This document shows positions 1-8,188 of a DNA stretch of 13,544 nucleotides, in pieces. A model generated the notes under the pieces. That model was not told the origin of the DNA, ran no database searches, and was given only the letters and a program-made list of their open reading frames with translations. The DNA comes from a bacterium. GTDB taxonomy: Bacteria; RBG-13-61-14; DATKZS01. Each line of letters opens with the position of its first letter. Position 1 is the stretch's first letter. The DNA is taken from assembly GCA_046484135.1 (NCBI GenBank), contig JAWOBU010000141.1:1-13544 (forward strand). The letters run 5' to 3'. The position numbers were made by a program, and so were the translations under genes.

Positions 1-498
1 GCCGTCCGATTCATCGGCTTCGGCCACCATCCACTCGCTTTGTCCCAGCTTGGCGTTCGAGTCGAAAAGCTCGAGCTTGCCGCCGATGATGGCGGTGGGG
101 TCCAGCCCGGCGTTGGCCATGACCGATGCGATCATCGAAGTGATGGTGGTCTTTCCGTGGGAGCCGGCCACGGCGATCCCCCGTTTCATGCGCATCAGCT
201 CGGCCAGCATCTCGGCGCGGGGAATCACCGGAATGCCGTGGTAGCGGGCGGCAACCACTTCCGGGTTGTCCGCCTTGACCGCCGAGCTTATGACAACAAC
301 GTCAGCGCCTCCCACGTTCTCGGGCGCGTGCCTTGTTGTCACCTCTCCGCCCAGGCCCCGGAGCCGCTCGACTGTGGCCGACTCCCGCAGGTCCGAGCCG
401 CTCACCTCGAAGCCCAGGTTTAAAAGGACCTCGGCGATACCGCTCATGCCGATTCCGCCGATCCCCACGAAGTGAACTTTTTTTATCCGGTGTTTCAT
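1..498 (-). CDS. murC: UDP-N-acetylmuramate--L-alanine ligase, 5' part (runs off the left edge of the window)
   Basis: Not in the ORF track. Manual translation from ATG at 498 gives [36 protein letters not shown]...[27 protein letters not shown]...VAEADESDG, open to position 1. It has the GIGGxGMS, GxHGKTT and EADESD motifs of MurC and sits directly after murG. Confidence 0.96.
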   Translation of the reverse strand, partial: MKHRIKKVHFVGIGGIGMSGIAEVLLNLGFEVSGSDLRESATVERLRGLGGEVTTRHAPENVGGADVVVISSAVKADNPEVVAARYHGIPVIPRAEMLAELMRMKRGIAVAGSHGKTTITSMIASVMANAGLDPTAIIGGKLELFDSNAKLGQSEWMVAEADESDG

Positions 499-514
499 TG
501 TCCATAAACGCCTT

Positions 515-1636
515 TTACGAACTTTCCATGATCGCCAGGCAATGCTCCACTATCTCCGCGGCCGCTTCCGGCCGGGCCGCCTCCTGCGCCCTTTCAGCCA
601 TGTCCCTTCTCTTCTCCTCGTTCTCAAGCAGGGACGAGACGGCTTCCGCAACAGAGTGGGAGTCCGTCTCCCCTTCCCGGAACATAAGCGCCGCCCCCGC
701 GTCCACCAGCACCCGGGCGTTGTCCGCCTGGTGGTCTCCTGCGGCGTATGGGAAAGGCACGAGTATGGAAGGCTTACCTGCCAGCGCAATCTCGGCCACC
801 GCTCCGGCGCCGGCGCGAGAGATCACCAGGTCGGCCTCCAGGTAGGCATCTCCCATCTCCTTTATAAAAGGCTCGACCGAGACTTCCAGCCCGGCCTTTT
901 CGTACTTCGCTTTAAGCTCCGGCGCGTCCCGCTCGCCGGACTGGTGCCTGACCTTGAGGCGGTGCCCGCGGTTGCGGGAAAGCTCTACCAGTGCGTCCGC
1001 CATGAGCAGGTTCAAGCCGTGCGCTCCCTGGCTGCCGCCCACGACCAGTATCCCGGCGTCGGTTCCCGGCCGGTCCTGCGAAGCGTGGTTCCGGTTCTGT
1101 AGGAACTCGAGTATGTCTTTCCTTACCGGGTTGCCGGCAACGAACACCCTGCCCTTTCGGGCGGCCCGGGGGAACCGCTCGGAGGCCTTTTCAAAGCTTA
1201 CGAACACCGCGCGGCAGAAGCGGCCCAGGATGCGGTTGGTCCAGCCGGGCACTGCGTTCTGCTCGTGAATGGCGCAGGGCACGCCGCGAAGCCGGGCCGC
1301 CAGCAGCACCGGGCCGGACACGTAACCGCCGACCCCTACGGCCAGGTCCGGCTGAAAGCGGCCCACCACCCGCAGGGCGGAAAGAACGCTCCAGGGGATT
1401 ATGAGAGCGGCCTTGATCCGGTCTATATAACTTCTCCCGGCGATCCCTTGCGAGGGGATGGCCTCGAACCTGTAGCCCGCTTCCGGCACCGCGCGCGCTT
1501 CTATGCCGTGCGCTGTTCCCACAAAAAGGACCTCGTGCTCGCTGCTCCTCTTTACGAACTCGGAGGCTATGGCCAGGCCGGGGAAAAGGTGTCCGCCGGT
1601 GCCGCCTCCCGCTATGATCATCCTCTTTTTCATCAT
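515..1636 (-). CDS. murG: Undecaprenyldiphospho-muramoylpentapeptide beta-N-acetylglucosaminyltransferase
   Basis: 373-aa ORF with GGGTGGH, GGYVS, HEQN, GNPVR, GGSQGA and DHQxxNA motifs. The start overlaps the ftsW stop (ATGA at 1636-1633); ATG 1633 is an alternative start. Confidence 0.97.
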   Translation of the reverse strand: MMKKRMIIAGGGTGGHLFPGLAIASEFVKRSSEHEVLFVGTAHGIEARAVPEAGYRFEAIPSQGIAGRSYIDRIKAALIIPWSVLSALRVVGRFQPDLAVGVGGYVSGPVLLAARLRGVPCAIHEQNAVPGWTNRILGRFCRAVFVSFEKASERFPRAARKGRVFVAGNPVRKDILEFLQNRNHASQDRPGTDAGILVVGGSQGAHGLNLLMADALVELSRNRGHRLKVRHQSGERDAPELKAKYEKAGLEVSVEPFIKEMGDAYLEADLVISRAGAGAVAEIALAGKPSILVPFPYAAGDHQADNARVLVDAGAALMFREGETDSHSVAEAVSSLLENEEKRRDMAERAQEAARPEAAAEIVEHCLAIMESS

Positions 1637-2745
1637 CCCGGCTCGTACATCCGGGCGGACACGTTAAGCAGTATGCCCGCCGCAGTCAGGTAAATACACA
1701 GGGCCGACCCTCCATAGCTTATAAAGGGAAGCACCAGTCCCTTGGTGGGTACGAGCCCCATGACCACCGCCATGTTTATAAACGCGGGCACCACGATCAT
1801 AATGGTCAGCCCGAAAGCCAGAAGAGTGCCGAAGCCGGTATCAGCGCGAAGGGCTATCAAGCCTCCCCGCACGGCAATGGTAATAAAAAGCAGGACCACC
1901 GCGGCCACTCCCGCCAAACCGAGCTCTTCCCCGACCACTGCGAAGATGAAGTCAGTGTGAGCGTCGGGAAGATAAAACAGCTTCTGGCGTCCTTCCCCGA
2001 GCCCTGCGCCGGTTATGCCGCCGGAGCCCAGTGCGAGGAAAGACTGGACAAGCTGCCAGCCGGCGTCGTGGCGGTACTTCCAGGGGTTGATGGTTGCGAG
2101 CATCCTCTCCCAGCGGTACTCGGCGCTTGCTATGAAATAAAAGGTCATTGGCATAGACAGCACCATCAAGCCAAACAGGTACCGAAGTTTTACGCCCGCC
2201 ACAAAAAGCATGACAAAAAGGATGATCCCCAGCGTCAGCGCCCCTCCCATGTCCGGCTCGACAAAGATAAGGACCATCATCAAGCCGGATATGATCAAAT
2301 AAGGCAGCAGGCCGTAAGTGAAAGACTTTATCTGCTCCTGCTTCTTGCTGAGCGAGTAAGCCAGGTATATGACCAAAGCCAGCCTCGCCAGCTCGGAGGG
2401 CTGGAAGTTGAGCGGCCCCAGGCTTACCCACCGACGGCTGCCTTTGATCTCGACCCCGATGCCCGGCACCAGGACCAGCACTAAAAGAACGATGGATATC
2501 ACCATGAGCGGAAAGACAAAGCATCTAAGCTTCTCGTGATTAAAGTGCATGGCCGCTATCATGGCAGAGACACCGAGCCCGGCGGCCAGAAGCTGTTTCT
2601 TCAAAAAATAGGCGCTCTCGCCGTGCATGAGCTGTCCGGCGGTTACGGACGAGGTGCTGTAGATCATGACTATTCCGAGGAAGGTGAGCGACACCACGGA
2701 AAGGAGGAGCCACAGATCGAAGCGCAGGTTTCGTTCAATCCACAT
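1633..2745 (-). CDS. ftsW: Peptidoglycan glycosyltransferase / cell division protein FtsW (SEDS family)
   Basis: 370-aa polytopic membrane protein with GSRRW, FQPSE, PDMG, LPDAHTDFIF, PTKG and LPFISYGGS motifs. It lies between murD and murG, with SD AAGGAGG a few nt before the ATG. Confidence 0.96.
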   Translation of the reverse strand: MWIERNLRFDLWLLLSVVSLTFLGIVMIYSTSSVTAGQLMHGESAYFLKKQLLAAGLGVSAMIAAMHFNHEKLRCFVFPLMVISIVLLVLVLVPGIGVEIKGSRRWVSLGPLNFQPSELARLALVIYLAYSLSKKQEQIKSFTYGLLPYLIISGLMMVLIFVEPDMGGALTLGIILFVMLFVAGVKLRYLFGLMVLSMPMTFYFIASAEYRWERMLATINPWKYRHDAGWQLVQSFLALGSGGITGAGLGEGRQKLFYLPDAHTDFIFAVVGEELGLAGVAAVVLLFITIAVRGGLIALRADTGFGTLLAFGLTIMIVVPAFINMAVVMGLVPTKGLVLPFISYGGSALCIYLTAAGILLNVSARMYEPG

Positions 2746-4099
2746 GAGCGTCCTCCTTTACCAGCTCTTTGAAGACCTCGCCCCGGTGCTTGTAGTCGTT
2801 GAACCGGTCAAAGCTGGCACAGCCGGGCGAGAGCAGCACCGTGTCGCCGGGCCCGGCCGTTTTCCGGGCCAGCGAGAGGGCCTCTGCCATGTCTTCGGCT
2901 TTTTGCACAAGGAGGCCGTTCATCTCGGAAGACAACTGGTCCCTGCATTCTCCGAAAGCTATTACCTGGCGTACCTTCCCGCGGATGCGCTCCGAAAGCT
3001 CGCGGAAATGACATCCCTTGGCCTGGCCGCCCATAAGCAGGATGAGCGGGCCGGGCATGCCGGACACCGCGGCTTCCACCGCGCCCGGGTTGGTCGCCTT
3101 GGAATCGTTGTAATACTTTACCCCTTCAATCTCCGCCACCAGCTCGGTGCGGTGGGGAAGTCCGGCAAAGCTCTCGACCGCCCGGCGGGCCTCGGCAAGC
3201 TCCGCGCCCATGGTAAAACAAGCGCAGGCCGCGGCCATCACGTTCACCAGGTTATGCCTGCCCGCGAGCGGCACCCGGCCGGTCTCCAGAAAAAGCTCTT
3301 TGCCCTCCGCTCCCTGGTAATACAGGCCGTCGCCGGAGAGCCACATGCCGCGGCCCTGTGGCTCGCGGGAAAGACTTACGGTCATCAAGGACGAGTTTAT
3401 GTTCCGGACCATGTTCTTTGCGACCGGGTCGTCCGTGTTTATCACCGCGAAATCGGAGCTGTCCTGGTTCGAAAATATCCTGCTTTTGGTTTCGGCATAG
3501 TCCCGGAAATCGCGGTAGCGGTCCAGGTGGTCCGCGCTCACGTTCAGCATGACCGCGGCTTTCGGCTTGAGTGTTTTTGCGAACTCGAGTTGAAAAGACG
3601 AGACCTCAATGACCGCGGCGCGGCAGGGCACCTCCCGGTCGCACGCTTGTACCAGGGGAGTGCCCACGTTGCCTCCCACGAACACGTTGTCCTCGCCCAA
3701 AGCCTTTTTCATTATCCCGCCCGCCAGGGACACGGTGGTGGTTTTGCCGTTGGTCCCGGTAACCGCGAGAACGGGCGCGTCCAGATGCCTGAACCCGAGC
3801 TCGAGCTCGGAGACGACCTCGATGCCCCTTTGCAGGGCCTTCTGCAAAGGCGGCGAGTCGCGCGGCACTCCGGGGCTTACCACCACCAGGTCGGCGTTTA
3901 GGAAGATTTCGTCCGGGTGCCCTCCCAAGGCGAGTTCGACCCGGATGTCCTTGATCTCCTCGAGAGGGCCGCCCAGGTCGGCTTCCGTTTTCAAGTCGGT
4001 CGCCGTGATATTTGCCCCTCTGCGGGAAAGAAAGCGCACCACGGCCGTGCCCGACATTGCCAGGCCCATGACCACCACGTTCTTTCCCGCAAGGTCCAT
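2735..4099 (-). CDS. murD: UDP-N-acetylmuramoyl-L-alanine--D-glutamate ligase
   Basis: 454-aa ORF with GLAMSG, VVVSPG, TGTNGKTT, EVSSFQL, DHLDRY, NDSKATN and LLSPGCASFD motifs. Confidence 0.97.
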   Translation of the reverse strand: MDLAGKNVVVMGLAMSGTAVVRFLSRRGANITATDLKTEADLGGPLEEIKDIRVELALGGHPDEIFLNADLVVVSPGVPRDSPPLQKALQRGIEVVSELELGFRHLDAPVLAVTGTNGKTTTVSLAGGIMKKALGEDNVFVGGNVGTPLVQACDREVPCRAAVIEVSSFQLEFAKTLKPKAAVMLNVSADHLDRYRDFRDYAETKSRIFSNQDSSDFAVINTDDPVAKNMVRNINSSLMTVSLSREPQGRGMWLSGDGLYYQGAEGKELFLETGRVPLAGRHNLVNVMAAACACFTMGAELAEARRAVESFAGLPHRTELVAEIEGVKYYNDSKATNPGAVEAAVSGMPGPLILLMGGQAKGCHFRELSERIRGKVRQVIAFGECRDQLSSEMNGLLVQKAEDMAEALSLARKTAGPGDTVLLSPGCASFDRFNDYKHRGEVFKELVKEDAHVD

Positions 4100-4106
4100 A
4101 CTTTAA

Positions 4107-5186
4107 CTACCTCAGCTTCAAAGTCGCCAGCGCCGACAGCACCAGGAGCACCTGGATGATCCAGAACCTTACTATGACCTTCTCCTCCGGCCAGCCCTTC
4201 TGCTCGAAGTGGTGATGTAGAGGGGCCATGAGCAGTATCCTCTTGCCGTTGGTCATCCGGAAGTAACCTACCTGCAGGATCACGGACAGGACCTCGACCA
4301 CGAAGATGCCGCCCACCAGAAGCAATACCAGCTCGTGCTTGGTTATGACCGCCATCATGCCGATCGCCCCGCCCAAGCTTAAAGACCCCACGTCGCCCAT
4401 GAAAACCTGGGCGGGATGGCAGTTGTACCAGAGAAACCCGAGCCCCGCCCCGATCACCGCGCTCGCGAACACGGTAAGCTCGCCGGCGCCGTAAATATAG
4501 GGTATGTAGAGGTAGCTGGACGTGTCTTCCCTTCCGATCAGGTAGGCGATGACCCCGTAGGTCGCGATCACCATAACCACGGGCATAATGGCCAGACCGT
4601 CCAGTCCGTCCGTGATGTTCACTGCGTTCGAGCTTCCCAGTATGACCACCAGTGCGAAGATGACGTAAAACCATGCCAGGTCGGGCGTAATCTGTTTGAA
4701 GAAAGGCAGCCACAATTGGGTATCTCCCTTTCCCGACCAGGCGAGCAAAAGAAGCGCCGCCAGCACGATCACGGTCTCGAGCACGATCTTGTAGCTTCCC
4801 CGAAAGCCCTTGGCGTCTTTTCTTTTAATCTTTAAGTAATCGTCCACGAACCCGATGACCCCGAAGGACGCGGTAACCATGAGCACGCTGAGGACCAGGG
4901 GATTAAAGAGCTCCGCCCACAGAACCGAAGCCACCGCCACCGCGATAACGATGAGCACTCCGCCCATGGTGGGAGTCCCCACCTTGATCTTGTGGGTGGG
5001 AGGCCCGTCCTCCCGGATGGTCTGGTCCAGCTTCATCTTGCGGAGCCGCTCGATGGTCCGCCTGCCGAAGATGACCACCACCACGAAAGCCGTAAACATG
5101 GCCACACCCGAGCGTACGGTTATAAACTGGAACACCCGGAAAAAACCGATAGTGGACTCCAGGTCCGGCAACAGGTAATAAAGCAT
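4107..5186 (-). CDS. mraY: Phospho-N-acetylmuramoyl-pentapeptide transferase
   Basis: 359-aa membrane protein with GTPTMGG, GFVDD, NAVNITDGLDGL, VFMGDVGS and MAPLHHHFE motifs. Confidence 0.98.
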   Translation of the reverse strand: MLYYLLPDLESTIGFFRVFQFITVRSGVAMFTAFVVVVIFGRRTIERLRKMKLDQTIREDGPPTHKIKVGTPTMGGVLIVIAVAVASVLWAELFNPLVLSVLMVTASFGVIGFVDDYLKIKRKDAKGFRGSYKIVLETVIVLAALLLLAWSGKGDTQLWLPFFKQITPDLAWFYVIFALVVILGSSNAVNITDGLDGLAIMPVVMVIATYGVIAYLIGREDTSSYLYIPYIYGAGELTVFASAVIGAGLGFLWYNCHPAQVFMGDVGSLSLGGAIGMMAVITKHELVLLLVGGIFVVEVLSVILQVGYFRMTNGKRILLMAPLHHHFEQKGWPEEKVIVRFWIIQVLLVLSALATLKLR

Positions 5187-5192
5187 CTTCTT

Positions 5193-6614
5193 TTATCCTG
5201 ATATGGCTTTTACGACCTCTTCCATGGCCGTGGTCCTCGATCCCTTTACCAGCACCCAATCGCCTTTGCGAAGCCTCTTCTTAAGAATGTCTACAGCGCG
5301 TGCGTTGTCCTTTACCGCGACTGCCGCGTCCTTTGGCATGCCCGCGGCACGCGCCTCATCCGCCATGGCTTTCCCCATCTCTCCCTTGGCCACCAGCAAA
5401 GAAACACCCTCGCCGGCCACCATGCGGCCGACCTCGCGGTGGTACTGTTCAGACTTACTCCCCAGCTCGTTCATGTCCCCCAAGACGGCTATTCCCCGCA
5501 TGGGTCCTTTCCACCAGCACATGGTCGCAAGTGCGTCAGCCACTGACTGAGGACTCGCGTTATAGGTGTCGTTCATAATGAAAGCGCCCGAGCTCGAGCG
5601 CACCACCTCTCCCCTCCCCGGCAGTCCGCGGAAGCGGCGGAGCTTTTCCGACGCCTCTTTTAGAGGCACTTTAAAAACGCGGCCCAAGGCTACTGCCGCG
5701 AGGGCGTTCATGGCGTTGTGAGGCGCCAGGGTCCACAAGCTGAATTGCACCGTCTTGCCGGCGCGCTTGCCCTGTTTCCACCGCTCGATCTCGAAGCGGA
5801 TGCGGGGGCGTCCTCCCATGACCTCCTTTTCCATGCCGGCAAGACAGAGCTGTTCGCCCCGGAACCTGCGGTCGGCCTGTCTGGCGAACCCGATCCGGGT
5901 TCCCTTGAAGCTCTTTGCATGTCGCTTAATAAGCGGATCGTCCAGGTTCAGCACAAACGCGGCCTTGGGGGACAGGTTTTTTATCATCTCCGTCTTGGCC
6001 CGGGCCACGCCTTCCAGCGAGCCGAGTCCTTCGAGGTGTACCGGCGCCACCCGGGTTATGAGTCCGGCGTGGGGCGCGGCGATGCGGGTGAGCTCTCCTA
6101 TCTCGCCCGGCTCGTTGCATCCCATCTCGAGCACGGCGTAATCATGCGCGCGGTTTATCTTGAAGATGGTGTGGGGCAGTCCGATCCGGTTGTTCAAGTT
6201 GCCCCGGTTCTTTATGACCCTGCCTTTAGCGGACAGGACCGCCGCGGCCATCTCTTTTACCGTGCTTTTGCCCAAAGAGCCGGTGATTGCCGCGACCTTG
6301 ATATCAAAGCGCTGCCGGTGATGCGCCGCCAACATTCCCAGCGCTTTCAAGGTGTCCTCGACCTCGATCACGGAGGCGGAAGGCTGCCCTGCGGGTGCAC
6401 GGCCCTTTTGTACCATGATCCAGCCGGCGCCTTTTTTATCCGCGTCTTTTATGAAAGAGTGCCCGTCAAAGTTCGGTCCTTGCAAGGCGATGAAGCCCTG
6501 CCCTTTTTGTAAGGACCGGGTATCAGTGGACACTCCGGTGGCGGTGCGTGAGCCGTGGCCGGACACCACCCTGCCCTTTACTATACGGGCCGCTTCTTGT
6601 GCTTTGATCTTCAA
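5193..6614 (-). CDS. murF: UDP-N-acetylmuramoyl-tripeptide--D-alanyl-D-alanine ligase
   Basis: 473-aa ORF with STDTR, ALQGPNFDGH, ITGSLGKST, NLNNRIGLP, LEMG, NDTYNASP, LGDMNELG and VKGSR motifs. The TTG start overlaps the murE TGA and is preceded by a GAGGGAG SD-like tract. Confidence 0.95.
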   Translation of the reverse strand: MKIKAQEAARIVKGRVVSGHGSRTATGVSTDTRSLQKGQGFIALQGPNFDGHSFIKDADKKGAGWIMVQKGRAPAGQPSASVIEVEDTLKALGMLAAHHRQRFDIKVAAITGSLGKSTVKEMAAAVLSAKGRVIKNRGNLNNRIGLPHTIFKINRAHDYAVLEMGCNEPGEIGELTRIAAPHAGLITRVAPVHLEGLGSLEGVARAKTEMIKNLSPKAAFVLNLDDPLIKRHAKSFKGTRIGFARQADRRFRGEQLCLAGMEKEVMGGRPRIRFEIERWKQGKRAGKTVQFSLWTLAPHNAMNALAAVALGRVFKVPLKEASEKLRRFRGLPGRGEVVRSSSGAFIMNDTYNASPQSVADALATMCWWKGPMRGIAVLGDMNELGSKSEQYHREVGRMVAGEGVSLLVAKGEMGKAMADEARAAGMPKDAAVAVKDNARAVDILKKRLRKGDWVLVKGSRTTAMEEVVKAISG

Positions 6615-8188
6615 GTCCGCTCCCTCTCTTCCATGAACTCGGCCGCCTTTTCCCGGTCGTCGAAGTGGATTTTCCGGCTGCCGAGTATCTGGTAATCCTC
6701 GTGGCCTTTGCCGGCTATGAGCACGATGTCGCCCGGCTCGGCCAGCCTGACCGCGGCCCGGATGGCCATGCTCCGGTCCGGTATCACGGTATAGGCCGGT
6801 GCCGTGATATCAAGCGCCGGAACCGGGTTCCCTTCCAGCTCTTCGCAAGCGATCTCCCGGCCGCCGGCCTCCCGGACGCCGGCCAGGATGTGCTCAATGA
6901 TCCCGGGGGGGTCCTCGGTCCGGGGGTTGTCCGAGGTCACCACGGAAAGGTGCGAGCCAAAGACCGCTATCTTTCCCATCTCCGGCCGCTTGCCGGTGTC
7001 GCGGTCGCCACCGCATCCGAACACCGTGATCAACCTGCCGGGGGCCAGTGCCCCGCAGGCCTCGACCGCGTGCGAAAGCGCGTCCGGGGTATGGGCATAA
7101 TCCACCACTACCGTAAGCCCGTGAGGGTTCTTCACCGGTTCGAGTCTGCCGGGCACGCTCGGTAGAGACTCGACCCCTTTTTGAATCGCTTCCGGAGAAA
7201 TGCCCGCGGCCTTTGCCAGCGTCGCCGCGGCCAGTATGTTCTCCACGTTGTGCGCTCCCAAGAGGGGCGAAGACAGCTCGAGACCCCCGTCTTTCGCCCG
7301 GAAGGTGAACCTGCATCCTTCCATGCTGGTGTGCACGTCCAGGGCCCGGTTCTCCGCCTCCGGGTTATGCACGGCGTAACCCGCGATATTGACACCCTCG
7401 CCCAGCTCTTGCGCCAGCCTTGTCCCGTGTTCCTCGTCCAGGTTGATTACTGCAAGCGGCGTGTCCTCTTCCCGGAGCGGCTCGCGCCACCCGCCTTTTA
7501 TGACCTCGGAAAAGAGCTTCTTTTTGGCCTGGTAGTACTCTTCCAGGTCGCGGTGGTAGTCGAGGTGCTCGCGGGAGAGGTTGGTAAAAACCGCCCTGGA
7601 AATACGTAATCCTGACACCCGCATCTGGTCGAGTGCATGGGAGCTTACTTCAATGACCACCCGGCGGGCCTGTTTTGCCAGCATCCAGGAGAGCGTCTCA
7701 AAGATGTCCACCGACTCGGGGGTCGTGGTTTCCGCCGGCAACTTTTCATCTTCAACCCGGTAGTTGACCGTGCCCACCACTCCGGGTCGCTCTCCCGCGG
7801 CCTTGAACATGGACTCGACAAGATATGATACCGTGGTCTTGCCGTTGGTCCCGGTTATGGCGAAGAGGTCCATTTCGAGGTCGGGCCGACCTGCGAGCCT
7901 TCCGGCTATAATGCCCATGGCCATCCGCACGCCGGGGGCGACAAGCGTGGGCATGCCTTTTACCGGCTTCTCCGCCAGCACTGCCGCGGCTCCGTTTTCA
8001 AAAGCCATGGGTACGAAAGCGGCCCCGTCCTGCCTGGTGCCGGGCACTGCCACGAACAGGTCCCCGCCATTAACCTTCCGAGAGTCGTAATGAATGCCTG
8101 TGATCACTACCTCCGGGTCTCCCTCGCAGGACGCACCGGGCACGGCCTCCATGAGCTCGGAAAGCTTGGCCGGTCGTATCGCTTTCAT
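6611..8188 (-). CDS. murE: UDP-N-acetylmuramoyl-L-alanyl-D-glutamate--2,6-diaminopimelate ligase
   Basis: Motifs YDSR, ITGTNGKTT, TTPES, EVSSHAL, EHLDYH, VDYAHTPD, FGCGGDRD, SDNPR and AGKGHE. The start is re-called at ATG 8188 (MKAIRPAKL, 525 aa) because it forms an ATGA overlap with the ftsI stop and has GGAGG upstream. The track's start at 8416 lies inside ftsI. DNPR (6920-6931) is the established meso-DAP signature. Confidence 0.96.
   Translation of the reverse strand: MKAIRPAKLSELMEAVPGASCEGDPEVVITGIHYDSRKVNGGDLFVAVPGTRQDGAAFVPMAFENGAAAVLAEKPVKGMPTLVAPGVRMAMGIIAGRLAGRPDLEMDLFAITGTNGKTTVSYLVESMFKAAGERPGVVGTVNYRVEDEKLPAETTTPESVDIFETLSWMLAKQARRVVIEVSSHALDQMRVSGLRISRAVFTNLSREHLDYHRDLEEYYQAKKKLFSEVIKGGWREPLREEDTPLAVINLDEEHGTRLAQELGEGVNIAGYAVHNPEAENRALDVHTSMEGCRFTFRAKDGGLELSSPLLGAHNVENILAAATLAKAAGISPEAIQKGVESLPSVPGRLEPVKNPHGLTVVVDYAHTPDALSHAVEACGALAPGRLITVFGCGGDRDTGKRPEMGKIAVFGSHLSVVTSDNPRTEDPPGIIEHILAGVREAGGREIACEELEGNPVPALDITAPAYTVIPDRSMAIRAAVRLAEPGDIVLIAGKGHEDYQILGSRKIHFDDREKAAEFMEERERT

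Noticed and set aside
302..505. Out-of-frame ATG 505 with good SD spacing and an A7 run (478-484) that could shift into the murC frame
   Set aside because: ATG 498 already gives a normal MurC N-terminus ([15 protein letters not shown]), so no frameshift is needed.
2666..3901. 411-aa plus-strand ORF, and the many other plus-strand ORFs between 40 and 12399
   Set aside because: These are antisense shadows of well-supported GC-rich dcw genes, with no recognisable motifs or ribosome-binding sites.
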